Source: a virus. Taken from it: a stretch of DNA of 64,000 bases. Shown in pieces: positions 40,275 through 50,365 of the stretch (positions within the stretch are counted from its first letter, which is position 1; each line of letters begins with the position of its first letter). Position numbers and translations under genes: made by a program. The notes beneath the pieces were generated by a model that was not told the origin of the DNA, did no database searches, and saw nothing but the letters and a program-made list of their open reading frames with translations. Location: the IMG/VR virus record IMGVR_UViG_3300050821_006345, positions 32,001 through 96,000 of that record. One strand, given 5' to 3'.

Positions 40275-41276
40275 TTAGTTCACGGTGATCGCGTAAGCCG
40301 GTTGCAGCACGTTGGACGTCAGATAACGCAGCGTGGTGAACTGAATCTGTGGAACGCGGTTTGCAATCAGGCCGTAGTCATATCCAATCTGGAGTATGGA
40401 TGAGTTGCCAAGGGTTACGTTGGCCGAGCCGGACGGAGTTCCATTGGACGGAACGATTGAAAGCAAATTGCCAGACAGCAGGCTCTGGCCGCGATCGGCT
40501 CCGGTGTTCTGCATGTTCAGAATCGCAGTCAAAGTGGTTTCGGAAACAGTCAGAGGCGAGCAGGTCGCGGTCGCGACGTTATCGCCGACCGTGAAGTCCA
40601 CGATACCGTATTCGTCGGCCTCGACCGGCGTGGTTGACACGTTAAAGTTCACCGAAAATCCGTCCTTGGTATCATAAACCGCAAGGCTCGGAGATCCGGT
40701 CAGCGTCCAAGTCGGGACAGAATAAGAGGCGGTCGCTCCCCAGCCGCCAACGTAAGGCGTGGTTCGGATGGATGAAGGACTGAAGGCGTAGGAGCCGAAC
40801 GAAGCTGTGGCCTCGGTATAAAGACTGTTGTTGGTCGACCACAGAACGCCTTCCTTGCCAATCGCCGTGAATGTGATTGGCCCGACAATGGTCTTCACTG
40901 CGGAAAGCATCATTGATGGCTGCTTGGTCACCACTGCACCGTAGAACGTGTATTGATAGCCCGTCTTTGGGATGATCTGGATTTGCGGGTTTCCTGCGCC
41001 AATCAGCGAGTCTCCTGGATTCTTGCTGCCGTGCGGCCAGAGGACTCCGGCCATCGCCGTTGTAAGCTCGCCGGTTGGAGTCCATGTGATTTCAACTGAA
41101 CGCTGGTTGGTTCTCTTGTCCACGACGCCATAAAGCGAGGTGGCGATGTCGAACGTCTGGTTGGCAAGACGAACCTGAATGTCGCCCTGCGAGTAAAGTG
41201 TGGTTGGCGAGCCAACAGCCGGAGTGTAGATAATTACGGCTGGCCCACGGATGATAGATGCGCGTGTCAATGACAT
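40275..41276 (-). CDS. major tail tube protein
   Basis: IIRGPAVI..TSLYGVVD tube-like N-terminus with internally duplicated halves; follows the terminator-like gene. Confidence 0.6.
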   Translation of the reverse strand: MSLTRASIIRGPAVIIYTPAVGSPTTLYSQGDIQVRLANQTFDIATSLYGVVDKRTNQRSVEITWTPTGELTTAMAGVLWPHGSKNPGDSLIGAGNPQIQIIPKTGYQYTFYGAVVTKQPSMMLSAVKTIVGPITFTAIGKEGVLWSTNNSLYTEATASFGSYAFSPSSIRTTPYVGGWGATASYSVPTWTLTGSPSLAVYDTKDGFSVNFNVSTTPVEADEYGIVDFTVGDNVATATCSPLTVSETTLTAILNMQNTGADRGQSLLSGNLLSIVPSNGTPSGSANVTLGNSSILQIGYDYGLIANRVPQIQFTTLRYLTSNVLQPAYAITVN

Positions 41277-41329
41277 GAAATTAAAATAAGCCGATTATCC
41301 GGTCTCGCAAACGAAAGATTACCGCGAGG

Positions 41330-42262
41330 TTATGGTGCAGTTGCCTTGGCCTCTTTGCTCGTTAATTGTCCAGCCAGCCATGCCGATGTCCTGATTTTAG
41401 TCCCGCTTGAAACAGTGGACATCGATGATGGCGAAAAGGCCGTCCAGTTCAGGACATAACTTGTATCGTCGGTAAAGCCGTTAAGATTGAATCCCCACCC
41501 GTTACTGGTGATTGACCCGAATTCAGAAGCATCTAGAATCAAGTCTCCGGTCAATGTGGAAACGGTCATCACAGCGGCAGAGGGAGTGAATGGAAGTGCA
41601 AGACCAGTTAGCGTCCCGGTGTTCACCCCGTTCGGAATTGAGTATGTGCCGGAAATCTGGTAGCCAAGCCAGACGGAGGCAGAGGGATTGCCCGGAGACG
41701 GAGTTGACCCGTCGGTGGTGTAAAAAATGGCAGCACCTGGAGTGGAGCAGGAAAGCGCAAAAGTATCGCCGCTGAAGGCAATGACCGGAGTGGCCACTTG
41801 GTTGATCGTGTAGTCAAAGCCTCCGGCGGTCTTGAATCGGACATCGTAGCAGAGGAGCTTGCCAACTGTGCCTCCGGGCGCGATTGTGATGCTGGGAGTA
41901 TCCAATACCACCACCTCACTTATTCCAAGAGGTTCAAACTGGTGCAGCGTTACGGCGACCATCTCGGCAACTTCAGAGGCTTGCTTTCCGGTTCCAGATG
42001 TTGACCGATTAAGAATGACGTTCTCTACTGTGCGGCAAATTATTTTGATGTCATTAAAATACGGCTTTAGATAATTCGGGAAAGCTGCGTTGGCTGTTGG
42101 AGTAATCACAATGACGCAAATGCCTAATTTCGCCAAGGCCGTCTGGATCGCATTTTCAATATCTCCAGTCTGCTCCGTGATTATGGTCACGTTGCTGAAG
42201 TAGGGTGTCGCGGCCAGTTGGTCGGCGCATCCCTGCTGGATTCCTTTTAAGATGCTGCTCAT
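41330..42262 (-). CDS. tail completion protein with Fn3-associated domain
   Basis: N-terminal terminator-like region; VATPVI..STPGAAIFYTTDGSTP. Confidence 0.6.
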   Translation of the reverse strand: MSSILKGIQQGCADQLAATPYFSNVTIITEQTGDIENAIQTALAKLGICVIVITPTANAAFPNYLKPYFNDIKIICRTVENVILNRSTSGTGKQASEVAEMVAVTLHQFEPLGISEVVVLDTPSITIAPGGTVGKLLCYDVRFKTAGGFDYTINQVATPVIAFSGDTFALSCSTPGAAIFYTTDGSTPSPGNPSASVWLGYQISGTYSIPNGVNTGTLTGLALPFTPSAAVMTVSTLTGDLILDASEFGSITSNGWGFNLNGFTDDTSYVLNWTAFSPSSMSTVSSGTKIRTSAWLAGQLTSKEAKATAP

Positions 42263-43094
42263 TGCCTTAATGTAAATGGCTTTTGTTTAAAAGCAATTGC
42301 ATCGTTGCCGCTCCAGTTTATCTTGTATCCTTTTTCCATATTGTGAATCCACCATAGAGGCTGAAAATTTTGTAATTAAAACAGATGGCCTGTTGCATTG
42401 GATCGCTCAAGTCGAATGATGCAACCGGGCGGATATGATCCAAATTCCATTTTCCGTGTCCGTTTCCTCGGTTTGCCCAAGTCATTCCATCTTTGAATTT
42501 ACTTTCAATTCTCGCCTTAAAATCGTCCAGCGAACAGCCAAGAAGCTCGCGGGCTTTCTTGCTCTTGCCTTTCCCTTTAATGAAATCCGCAATCCTTCCG
42601 CGCAAAGAAATTGCAATTCTTAATTTAATGGCACCCGGAGTCATAGACTTCCGATATTTTCTTGCCCTCTCGCGCTCTTTAATTCTTGCCTCCGGCTTAA
42701 GCCGAAATTTTCTAGCTCTTGCTAAAATATTTTCCCTATCTCTCTTGTATCTCTCGCGATTGCGCGCTTGTATTTTTGCTTTTTGCAGTTCAGTTGGTGG
42801 CTTTACAGGTTTTCGATAAATCACGCCACCCTCATATTCCATTAAAGTGATTGCATTGGTGCAGTTTTCAAAATCGTCGGCGGCGTGTTCTGCGGCATAC
42901 TGGATGCGTCGTTTAGCTAGAATATCTTCACCTTTTTCCTCCCAGTATTTCGGCGCATATTCCGCCAGATACGCCTTCATATACGCGGAGTTCTTCTCCT
43001 TGTTTTTGCCGCGCCATTTCTGTTGCTGTGCCGCTCTTTTAGCCCTCACCGCCTCCCGCTGTTCCTCTGGATAATCTTCAATTCTCTTTGACAT
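42260..43094 (-). pseudogene. HNH/endonuclease-VII-like homing endonuclease with one frameshift near 42366
   Basis: LGCS..IESKFKDGMTWAN..W.LDHIRPVASFDL..CFNYK, then NFQPLWWIHNMEKG in the -1 frame. Confidence 0.75.
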
Positions 43095-43116
43095 GCCACA
43101 CATTCTGCCTCACACT
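43088..43116 (+). promoter_or_regulatory. candidate sigma70-type promoter for the ncRNA
   Basis: TTGACA-17 bp-CACACT, overlapping the divergent HNH promoter. Confidence 0.4.
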
Positions 43117-43149
43117 AAAACGAACGCAAGTGCCACATTGCCATTAGGT

Positions 43150-43925
43150 TCTGGTAGCACCTCCACGTCCGCAAACAAGCGGCAGATTGTCCTTGTGCCG
43201 AAATGAGCCTTGCGGTAATCTTCCACTTGCCACGCGATCCAAGATGGATTTTATTACTGGCGTTAGATGCTGATTAAAATCCAGCTTGGCGGAACATAGC
43301 GGTCGAATTTCTAATTTGCCCGTCCGTTTGACCGAAAGGTCATGCTCTCTGCCAAGAGTGATTTTAACCGGACGGGCATTTCTTTTGCCGTCATTCATCG
43401 GCTAATGCACGATGAGCGGCCAACCAAATCCAACATCAAACCTGCCGAACCCACGGCAACGCTCCCGTTGAGCTTGGGAATGTTTGGTGTGTTTTGCGAA
43501 ATATAGAATAATGTCGGTAGGATGGCATTCCCCGACCAACTTCGAGACCGAGGACAAACTCGGCCCAATACACAACCCCGCCTTCGGGAAACCGGAGTGG
43601 CGGCAGTCTGATGCGGTAAAAATCACCGCCCGATACAAGCTGGGTGCGAAGGTCGGAAGCAAGATTGTCATACGCGAAAGAGGACAGACCCCAATCCTAT
43701 GAAATGGGGCGGTCAGGCGTAGCCAAAGCAAGAGTCCGCAAGATCGGCACACTAAACATTATCGGCCAGCAATCGCGGTCGCCAGCTAAACGAACATCAG
43801 ACACTCGTGATAAACCATTAAAACGGTGCGAGCAGGCTCTAACGCGGCGGATTGCGGCAGAAACCAGACCTGAAATGTCTCTGGCTAGTGGCCGCGTGTA
43901 TTATGGCCGACGTAGGTGTGGTTAG
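43150..43925 (+). ncRNA. large structured non-coding RNA (~770 nt)
   Basis: No credible ORF; at least 10 hairpins, GAAA tetraloops on the + strand, long-range stems 43158-69/43909-18, 43194-201/43744-51, 43209-15/43736-42. Confidence 0.8.
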
Positions 43926-44010
43926 GCAGTTAGACGCTTAACCGTTACCGATGTTCTTCAGTTTCTGTTTGAAATGTTAAAGATTTAACGGCATACTCCG
44001 ACCAGAATTT

Positions 44011-44439
44011 GTGGCAAAAATCATCAAAATCTACTTTGACGGAGGATGTTCTCCCAATCCCGGCCAAGCCTACGGGTCATTCCACATTTTGAACGGCGAC
44101 CAAGAGCTTTTCTACCGCAGTCGAGTTCCTTTCGGTTTCGGAACGAATAACTTTGCCGAATTCACCGCCCTGACGATGGCGTTAAAAACATTGGCAGACG
44201 ACATGGCCGAACATGACGCCGATCCGAAAGAATACAACCTCTTTATTGAATCCGACTCCAGAATTGTCGTCAACCGCCTGACCAAGAAGAACAAAATCCA
44301 CAAGAAACCCAGAATGGTGGAAGCCAGCACCAGAATGTTTAATCTGGCCTGTGGCTGCTTGGATTACATGAAGCGGTTCAAATCGGTTGAAGTCGTCTGG
44401 AAGAAGCGGGATGCCAACGTCGAGCGTTTTGGCCACTAA
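44011..44439 (+). CDS. rnhA: ribonuclease HI-like protein
   Basis: YFDGGCSPNPG, TNNFAEF, SDSRIVVN; own TTGAAA-17-CATACT promoter. Confidence 0.85.
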   Translation: MAKIIKIYFDGGCSPNPGQAYGSFHILNGDQELFYRSRVPFGFGTNNFAEFTALTMALKTLADDMAEHDADPKEYNLFIESDSRIVVNRLTKKNKIHKKPRMVEASTRMFNLACGCLDYMKRFKSVEVVWKKRDANVERFGH

Positions 44440-45209
44440 TAAACGTCGGTTGCCCGGATAAACGCCGGATCTTGGTAGATGCTTCCGGTTTCTTTAGGCA
44501 ATGTGACGTTGTGCAAATACGCCTTCAGCGAGTTAATCGCGGCCTCCGTCATCGCTTCCTCCGATGGCAGCACGGTCGGGTCGGGTTGTTGCGTCACCGA
44601 TTCCACCAGCCAGTAAAACACGGTTCCTTCACTGTGCTGAATTTTACGTCCACGAGGCTCGGTTGGCTCGTATTCGCCCTTGTAAAATTTGCCTCCTCGT
44701 TTACGTCTTCTCGATGCCGATCCGCTTCGCGTCTCCGCAAATTCATGGTTCTGCCAGTGTGCGCCAGTAACGTCGTCTGAATCATCGTCAGAGGCTTTAA
44801 GTCCTACGACGCCGATTTTACCGGATTTCTGTCGGCCAAAAAACGGAACAAGATTTGCGAATTCGGTCGGTGAATGGCCGTAGGCTTCGGGCGTTGCTGG
44901 GATCGAGAGGTAGTGTGCGAAAACGGGTTTAATCTCTCCGCCCAAAAGTCTCTGACGCATTCCGGTCTGATTGATAACGACCGATGCCTCGTCCTCGCCA
45001 TACTCCATCGTTATGCCATCCGCCGCCTTCTGGTAAAAATTCGATTTGAAAGCCTCGCCGAATGGATTGGTTCGGTCAAGGTTGAGATTCGACAAATACG
45101 CGCTTAAGTAAGCATGGACGCCATCGGCTGCCGCTGCGGTTGCTTCAGAGCGGTCGTCGCCTAGAGAAAGAAGCGCGCCTAAATTCGGAAGGTCGATGGT
45201 GTATGGCAT
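44436..45209 (-). CDS. virion morphogenesis (neck / Mu gpG-like) protein
   Basis: GGEIKPVFAHYLSIP...YWLVESVTQQPDP. Confidence 0.6.
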   Translation of the reverse strand: MPYTIDLPNLGALLSLGDDRSEATAAAADGVHAYLSAYLSNLNLDRTNPFGEAFKSNFYQKAADGITMEYGEDEASVVINQTGMRQRLLGGEIKPVFAHYLSIPATPEAYGHSPTEFANLVPFFGRQKSGKIGVVGLKASDDDSDDVTGAHWQNHEFAETRSGSASRRRKRGGKFYKGEYEPTEPRGRKIQHSEGTVFYWLVESVTQQPDPTVLPSEEAMTEAAINSLKAYLHNVTLPKETGSIYQDPAFIRATDVY

Positions 45210-45211
45210 GG

Positions 45212-47791
45212 TTAAGCCTTGTGTGGCCGAATTTGCCAGTCCACTTCAGAATGCTGTGCCAGATGTTTAATCGGAATCTTAAAGCTTGTTAAATCACGGC
45301 CTTCGCCCCAGTAGCTCGCCGCGTGGCTCTTGTCCGGTGAAACAAAGATGCCTTCTGGATATTCTCCTGCCTTAATCTTTGAAATGACATCCGATGGCTG
45401 GCTGGTATAAACGCGCACCTGCTTGTCTCCGATACCCATCGCCTCATTCACCAAGTCCATCGTTTCCGGAGTTGCCTCGTCGTTTCCTTCAAACATCTCC
45501 TTTTTGCCGTCCTTGCTTAATAGCAGTCCGACTGTGTTTGGGTCGTTCTTGGCCGAAATATAAACCGGAACCGGCCAGACGCCGTCAGGATTGTCGTCAA
45601 ACAACGCCTGACTGGTTACGAGCCTTCTGGTTAAGTCTTTTTGATTGAATGGAATATCCCCCATCAGTTTGTGAACTTCGTCGTTCAGGTCATTGGCCAG
45701 TTTCAGAACGTGGTCTCCAGCTGGCTTGTTCTCGAAGTCGGCCAGAGTTTCAAGATGAATCTGGTCGTCACTTTTCCTCCCACGGGAGAATCTGGACTCT
45801 CGGTCAAGGTTCTCCTTCACGTCGTCCCACGTTATCGGATGCGGTGATGATTCGCCTTTCGGCAGGCTTCCTCCAACTTGACCCACCCGTCCTTCGTGGC
45901 CTTCAAACGAATTGAGAAGCCGTTTTTTAAGTGCGGCCTTTCTGGTTCGTGAGTTGGCGAGTTTTACAACTGGCTTCGGAAACTGGCCAGCAACCGGCTT
46001 GCTTAAATCACCGCCCTTGATCCACTGCTCAAACTGGCCGAAATCCAATTTTGTAACAGCACCGATTCTCTCATGTCCCCTTCCATCGGAGAACGCCCGC
46101 TTGTAGCAGTCGGTCGCCTGCTTCTCGTCTTGAAAGCCAATCATGCACTTTCTCTCGTCTGGATTTCCAGTCTCCGCGTCCACTTGATCGATGACAAACA
46201 CGGAAGCGGTGTCGCTTGGATTGGTGGATAAATAGCAGTCCAGCAAGTCTCCATCTTGGGTGCCTTTTTTCGTCCCCTTCACCCCGCCATAATCACTCGG
46301 CATGACCACCGTCCAAACCTTGCCGTCTTTGCCGATTCCAGAACGGACACTTCCGGCCAGTGACTCAATACTAATTCCGAGCGTTTTGTAGGTGGTGTGG
46401 GTTTGGCGATAATTTCCGGCCTTGGATTGTTTTGGCGTGGGAACGCGGCCAAGTCCTTTGTGCGGCAGGGCGTTGGTGATTTTTAATTCTGGCCTTTTGC
46501 CAACAATCACTTCTTCGTATGTTCCCGTTAAGCCGACGTTGACAGCCACAATATCGTCCACTGGAATAGACTTGGTGATTATATTTCCGCCGTATTGCTC
46601 TGCACCAGACTTGGTTGTTGCCCAGTTCTTTGTGGCCTTCTGCTTCTGCAATCCTTCCGACCGATACAGCGTCATTGAATCTCCAAAGTTGCTGCGAAGC
46701 TCATTTCTTGTTGGCGTGAAGCAGTCGTATAATTCAGATGCGGAAACCCGGCTGTTTCGGCCATCCATTATGTTGTCAACCGCCGTGTTTGTTCCCATGC
46801 CAACTCCGATCGCAGCCTCGGTGATTGCGTTGTAAACATCCCGATTTTTCATCAGGTCGTTTCTGGCCGTTAAAACAACCGAGGATGGGATTGCGCTTTT
46901 CCGGTCGGCAGGAGACTTTATATCCTCGATGGTCTTCGGCCTTGCCAAGTCGTAACGCAGCGAGTTGGCCTCGGCGTTCAGTGCGATAAATCTGGACGCC
47001 TCCGATGCTGTTAAGCCGCCCTTTTGAGCCAGCGGCATGATTTCGGATTTGATGGCGTTTAATCGGCCAATCATAGTCGGCCTGTCGGTGACGTGGCCTT
47101 TTAAGCCAGATCCGACCCCGCCGTTAGCCACCACAACCACCGGATTTGCCTTCCAGCGGCCTATTACGGCGTTCAGAAGCTCGAACTGCGGCTTGGGGGA
47201 CACCGTTTTCGGCAAATAAGCGTTTAACAGGCCGTGTAGCGTTGCCCGGATGGTCTTGGGCGAGGCTTTGGCCTTCAGCAGGGCGGAAGCGGTGTTTTTA
47301 ATGGCCAGAGGAAGCGGAATGGCGAAGTTTTTAACCTTCTCGTCCATGTTTACATGATAAACATCAGCCGTCTTGTCTCCGAGAAGTTTTCTGGCAGTCA
47401 GCCTATGATTTCCATCGGCGATGTATTGCTTGCCTCCTTTTTGAACCACCACCGGCTTGTCAAGCTGGTCGTCTGATGGCTCGGATGCCTTTCTTGAGTC
47501 ATCTCCGCGTTCAATGATGTCTTTTACTTTTGGCTCAAAGAACTCGTTGGTTCCGGTAAGATCGTCCAGATTGACGGTTTTCACTGTTTTTGGACCGCGC
47601 AGACGACGCCTTAATTCTTCCGTATCGTAGGGTGCCGCATGATCGCCGGATTTGAATATACTGTGCGTCCAGTTTTTCTCATCTGGAAGCCGTGGCAGTT
47701 TTTCAAGAGATGATAGCGCGCCAGCCTTTCGCACCTCCCACGCCTTCTTGACGCCCACACTTGTGCCTGCGTTGAGTAGCTTCCGCTTCAT
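45212..47791 (-). CDS. polyvalent protein: ParB-like, ART-like, InPase and second ART-like domains
   Basis: IADGNHRLTA; LYR..WATT..YEEV; AGNY..GSVRSG..YG..DGDLLDCY..DERKCMIGF; GIFVSPDKSHAASYW. Confidence 0.75.
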   Translation of the reverse strand: MKRKLLNAGTSVGVKKAWEVRKAGALSSLEKLPRLPDEKNWTHSIFKSGDHAAPYDTEELRRRLRGPKTVKTVNLDDLTGTNEFFEPKVKDIIERGDDSRKASEPSDDQLDKPVVVQKGGKQYIADGNHRLTARKLLGDKTADVYHVNMDEKVKNFAIPLPLAIKNTASALLKAKASPKTIRATLHGLLNAYLPKTVSPKPQFELLNAVIGRWKANPVVVVANGGVGSGLKGHVTDRPTMIGRLNAIKSEIMPLAQKGGLTASEASRFIALNAEANSLRYDLARPKTIEDIKSPADRKSAIPSSVVLTARNDLMKNRDVYNAITEAAIGVGMGTNTAVDNIMDGRNSRVSASELYDCFTPTRNELRSNFGDSMTLYRSEGLQKQKATKNWATTKSGAEQYGGNIITKSIPVDDIVAVNVGLTGTYEEVIVGKRPELKITNALPHKGLGRVPTPKQSKAGNYRQTHTTYKTLGISIESLAGSVRSGIGKDGKVWTVVMPSDYGGVKGTKKGTQDGDLLDCYLSTNPSDTASVFVIDQVDAETGNPDERKCMIGFQDEKQATDCYKRAFSDGRGHERIGAVTKLDFGQFEQWIKGGDLSKPVAGQFPKPVVKLANSRTRKAALKKRLLNSFEGHEGRVGQVGGSLPKGESSPHPITWDDVKENLDRESRFSRGRKSDDQIHLETLADFENKPAGDHVLKLANDLNDEVHKLMGDIPFNQKDLTRRLVTSQALFDDNPDGVWPVPVYISAKNDPNTVGLLLSKDGKKEMFEGNDEATPETMDLVNEAMGIGDKQVRVYTSQPSDVISKIKAGEYPEGIFVSPDKSHAASYWGEGRDLTSFKIPIKHLAQHSEVDWQIRPHKA

Positions 47792-47799
47792 GGCGTTAA

Positions 47800-48273
47800 T
47801 CAGAACTCCCGTTCAGCACGTCGGCCAAACCCACGATGGAAACCGCATGTGTTGAAGCTCGGCTTGGAATAGCCCAGAACTGTAGTGTCAAGGTTGTTTG
47901 GGTCTGCTGCCTCAACAATTAATTTTGCCTGTGCCACATCGTTGAATATCTGCCACGCCCGGTTCGCATTTACCCGACGGAAATTCTGCTCGTCGATGAC
48001 CGTTCCGGCGGCACGGCTCATGATGGCCAGAATGATGATGTCCACTGCCGGGCCAATGAGTGCTTCCGGCAGTGTGATGCCTGCGCCCATCGGGACATTG
48101 TTCAAATTTCTCGCGATCAGCGACCTTGCAGTTGTTACCACCTGATTGATAACTCCTGCGATGGGATCGCCCTGCGTCGGAGACTGTTCGAGCGCGGCTC
48201 CGCGAAACCCGTCAAGCTCAGGGCCAGATATTTTCAGAAGCAAATCATCGGTCGTTAAATTGCGCCATGCCAT
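47800..48273 (-). CDS. head-tail connector, Mu gp36-like
   Basis: 157 aa helical; LTTDDLL..LPEAL..AVDI..AWQIFNDVAQAK pattern. Confidence 0.6.
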   Translation of the reverse strand: MAWRNLTTDDLLLKISGPELDGFRGAALEQSPTQGDPIAGVINQVVTTARSLIARNLNNVPMGAGITLPEALIGPAVDIIILAIMSRAAGTVIDEQNFRRVNANRAWQIFNDVAQAKLIVEAADPNNLDTTVLGYSKPSFNTCGFHRGFGRRAEREF

Positions 48274-48437
48274 AATTGAATCAAGATTAAGCCACGTCTC
48301 GGCCAAACACAACCACGACATTTCACTTGCCAACCGGAAGCGGAATTGCCAATCTGATGGCCGATAATATATGAGAAATCCGAATGGCAAACAGGCAGTT
48401 GACAAACCGCAGCGGTGCGGTATTCTGGAGGCGTGAA

Positions 48438-48632
48438 ATGCGAAACAAAATCAAAAATCCAGCCGCTGTTGCCCTTGGCAGGCTTGGTGGAGCAAAAGCA
48501 AGCGAGAAGCAAAAAATGGCAGCTCGTGAAAATGGCAAGCGGGGAGGTCGCCCAAGGCATCACCAGAAAGGCCGGAATTTACGCGATCATCAACAACAAG
48601 ACGGGGAAGCGTTACATCGGCCAGACGAATAA
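48438..48632 (+). CDS. small basic protein
   Basis: KNPAAVALGRLGG..AARENGKRGGRP. Confidence 0.6.
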   Translation: MRNKIKNPAAVALGRLGGAKASEKQKMAARENGKRGGRPRHHQKGRNLRDHQQQDGEALHRPDE

Positions 48633-49410
48633 TTTCAGCTTTCGGAAAGGCAAGCACATCGGTTATCTGCGGAGCAACTCCCACATCAATCCACACCTTC
48701 AACGTGCGTTTAACTTGGACGGCGAGGAAAGCTTTGAATTTACGATTCTTGAAGTAGTGGTGGATGGAGACATTAATGCAGCCGAGGTGCGATGGATTGC
48801 TATGTTTAATTCAGACAATCCTGAATTTGGATACAACTGCACTTCTGGAGGCAAATATGCACCACTCAATCGTGCCGCACTGGATGCAATCAGTAAGAAG
48901 CTTTCTGGAAGACCGCTTGCTCCAGAACATCGAGCAAAAATAAGCGCATCCAACAAAGGCAGAATTATTAGTGCAGAAAGCCGAAGAAGGCTGTCCGTTA
49001 CGTTAAAGGCCAAATACGACAGATGCGAGATGCCTTGGTTTGTGCCTACATATTTTTCTGGAGAACAACATGGAATGTTTGGCAAAACACACACGCCAGA
49101 AGCACGCGCAAAGATTTCATCTGCGAGAATGGGCAAAACATATTATGAAGTAATGTCAAAAGAAACGGCAGATAGGTTGATAGCACAACGGAAGGCAATG
49201 GTCGGCGATAAGAATCCAAATTACATTCACGTCGATTTAGAAGCCGTGATTTCAAGAATACAGGGCGGTGAATTCGTAGAAGATATTGTTAAATCACTTG
49301 CTATTTCAAAGACACAATTGCACTATAAGTTCAAGCGAAAATACAACTGCCCGCCGGTTGAATACGTCAATAAATTAAAATATGAAAATTGCGACAATCG
49401 AAACAATTAA
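48532..49410 (+). CDS. GIY-YIG homing endonuclease with NUMOD3 repeats
   Basis: GIYAIIN..RYIGQT..GYN; GKTHTPEARAKIS. Confidence 0.9.
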   Translation: MASGEVAQGITRKAGIYAIINNKTGKRYIGQTNNFSFRKGKHIGYLRSNSHINPHLQRAFNLDGEESFEFTILEVVVDGDINAAEVRWIAMFNSDNPEFGYNCTSGGKYAPLNRAALDAISKKLSGRPLAPEHRAKISASNKGRIISAESRRRLSVTLKAKYDRCEMPWFVPTYFSGEQHGMFGKTHTPEARAKISSARMGKTYYEVMSKETADRLIAQRKAMVGDKNPNYIHVDLEAVISRIQGGEFVEDIVKSLAISKTQLHYKFKRKYNCPPVEYVNKLKYENCDNRNN

Positions 49411-50365
49411 GTCAGTCCGCAAGCATCCGAACGCGGATTCCTTGGATATTTGCTCGGTTCTGGGTTTTGAATGCATCACCAAGATCGGCCAGTTCAAAGA
49501 AGGCGATGTTGTAGCTTTCCTGCAACCAGATTCAGTGCTTCCGCCCGATAAGGAGTGGTCTGCGTTCTATCGCTCAAAATCAAACAGAATTAAGGCGATT
49601 CGCCTGCGTTCGTGCTGGTCGGAAGGCGTCGCTGAATCACTCGCAACCGTTGGCTATACTGGGCAGATTGAAATTGGCCGAGAAATCTCGCAGGACATCG
49701 GAGTCACCCACTACGAGCCACCACTGCCTCAAGACCTGTCGGCCAAGGGACTGCTTCCGTTCGGCATCCCGCCCACAGATGAAGAGCGAGTGAATAATCT
49801 CGAAGCGATTCCCTACGGCGAAATCGTGGACGTGACGCTCAAGATTGACGGACAAAGCTGGTCGGCATACAACGCCATGGCGCGCGATTCCGATGGCAAC
49901 TTCATGCCGCCAGTCTCCGGCGTGTGCGGGCGGCGACTGGAGTATAAATTGGACTGCGACAATCACTATACGCGCAACTTCAAAAAATACGCGCATATTT
50001 TTGGCAAAAACCACAATCTGGTGAACGTCTGCTTTCGTGCAGAACAATATGGCTTTGGAATCCAAAGCTCGGCCAACAACCCGCACAGTAAGCTTCCGGT
50101 GGATTTGGCATTTTATTCAGTCTGGATGATGAACGACCGCAGATACGCACGCAAAGGAGAGTCTTTTTACGCTTACGACTTCTTCCCCAAATTCGGAATT
50201 CCAACAGCGCCAGTCATTGAGCGGGACGTTGTTCTGACACCGGAACTGGTTGCAAAATACGCGGATGGCAAAGAGATTAACGGGCAAAGTTATGAAGGAG
50301 TTGTTATACAATGGAGTGGCGGATCGTTTAAGGTTTTATCAAAGGAATACGATTCAAAGAAATGA
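49382..50365 (+). CDS. RNA ligase (Rnl2/DRB0094-like)
   Basis: HPNADSL N-terminal domain; TLKIDGQS, EGVV, SFKVLS. Confidence 0.88.
   Translation: MKIATIETIKSVRKHPNADSLDICSVLGFECITKIGQFKEGDVVAFLQPDSVLPPDKEWSAFYRSKSNRIKAIRLRSCWSEGVAESLATVGYTGQIEIGREISQDIGVTHYEPPLPQDLSAKGLLPFGIPPTDEERVNNLEAIPYGEIVDVTLKIDGQSWSAYNAMARDSDGNFMPPVSGVCGRRLEYKLDCDNHYTRNFKKYAHIFGKNHNLVNVCFRAEQYGFGIQSSANNPHSKLPVDLAFYSVWMMNDRRYARKGESFYAYDFFPKFGIPTAPVIERDVVLTPELVAKYADGKEINGQSYEGVVIQWSGGSFKVLSKEYDSKK

Noticed and set aside
42360-42375. Programmed -1 frameshift in the HNH gene
   Set aside because: TAC AAA ATT TTC is not an in-phase X XXY YYZ slippery site
43144-43925. ORFs 43144..43398, 43402..43752, 43484..43702 and 43644..43925
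   Set aside because: Mutually overlapping, no motifs; the sequence is better explained by RNA pairing
43150-43925. Group I/II intron, RNase P RNA, tmRNA or retron msr-msd
   Set aside because: No interrupted gene, no domain V or P7 consensus, no GAGGAAAGUCC, no tRNA-like ends, no reverse transcriptase in the window
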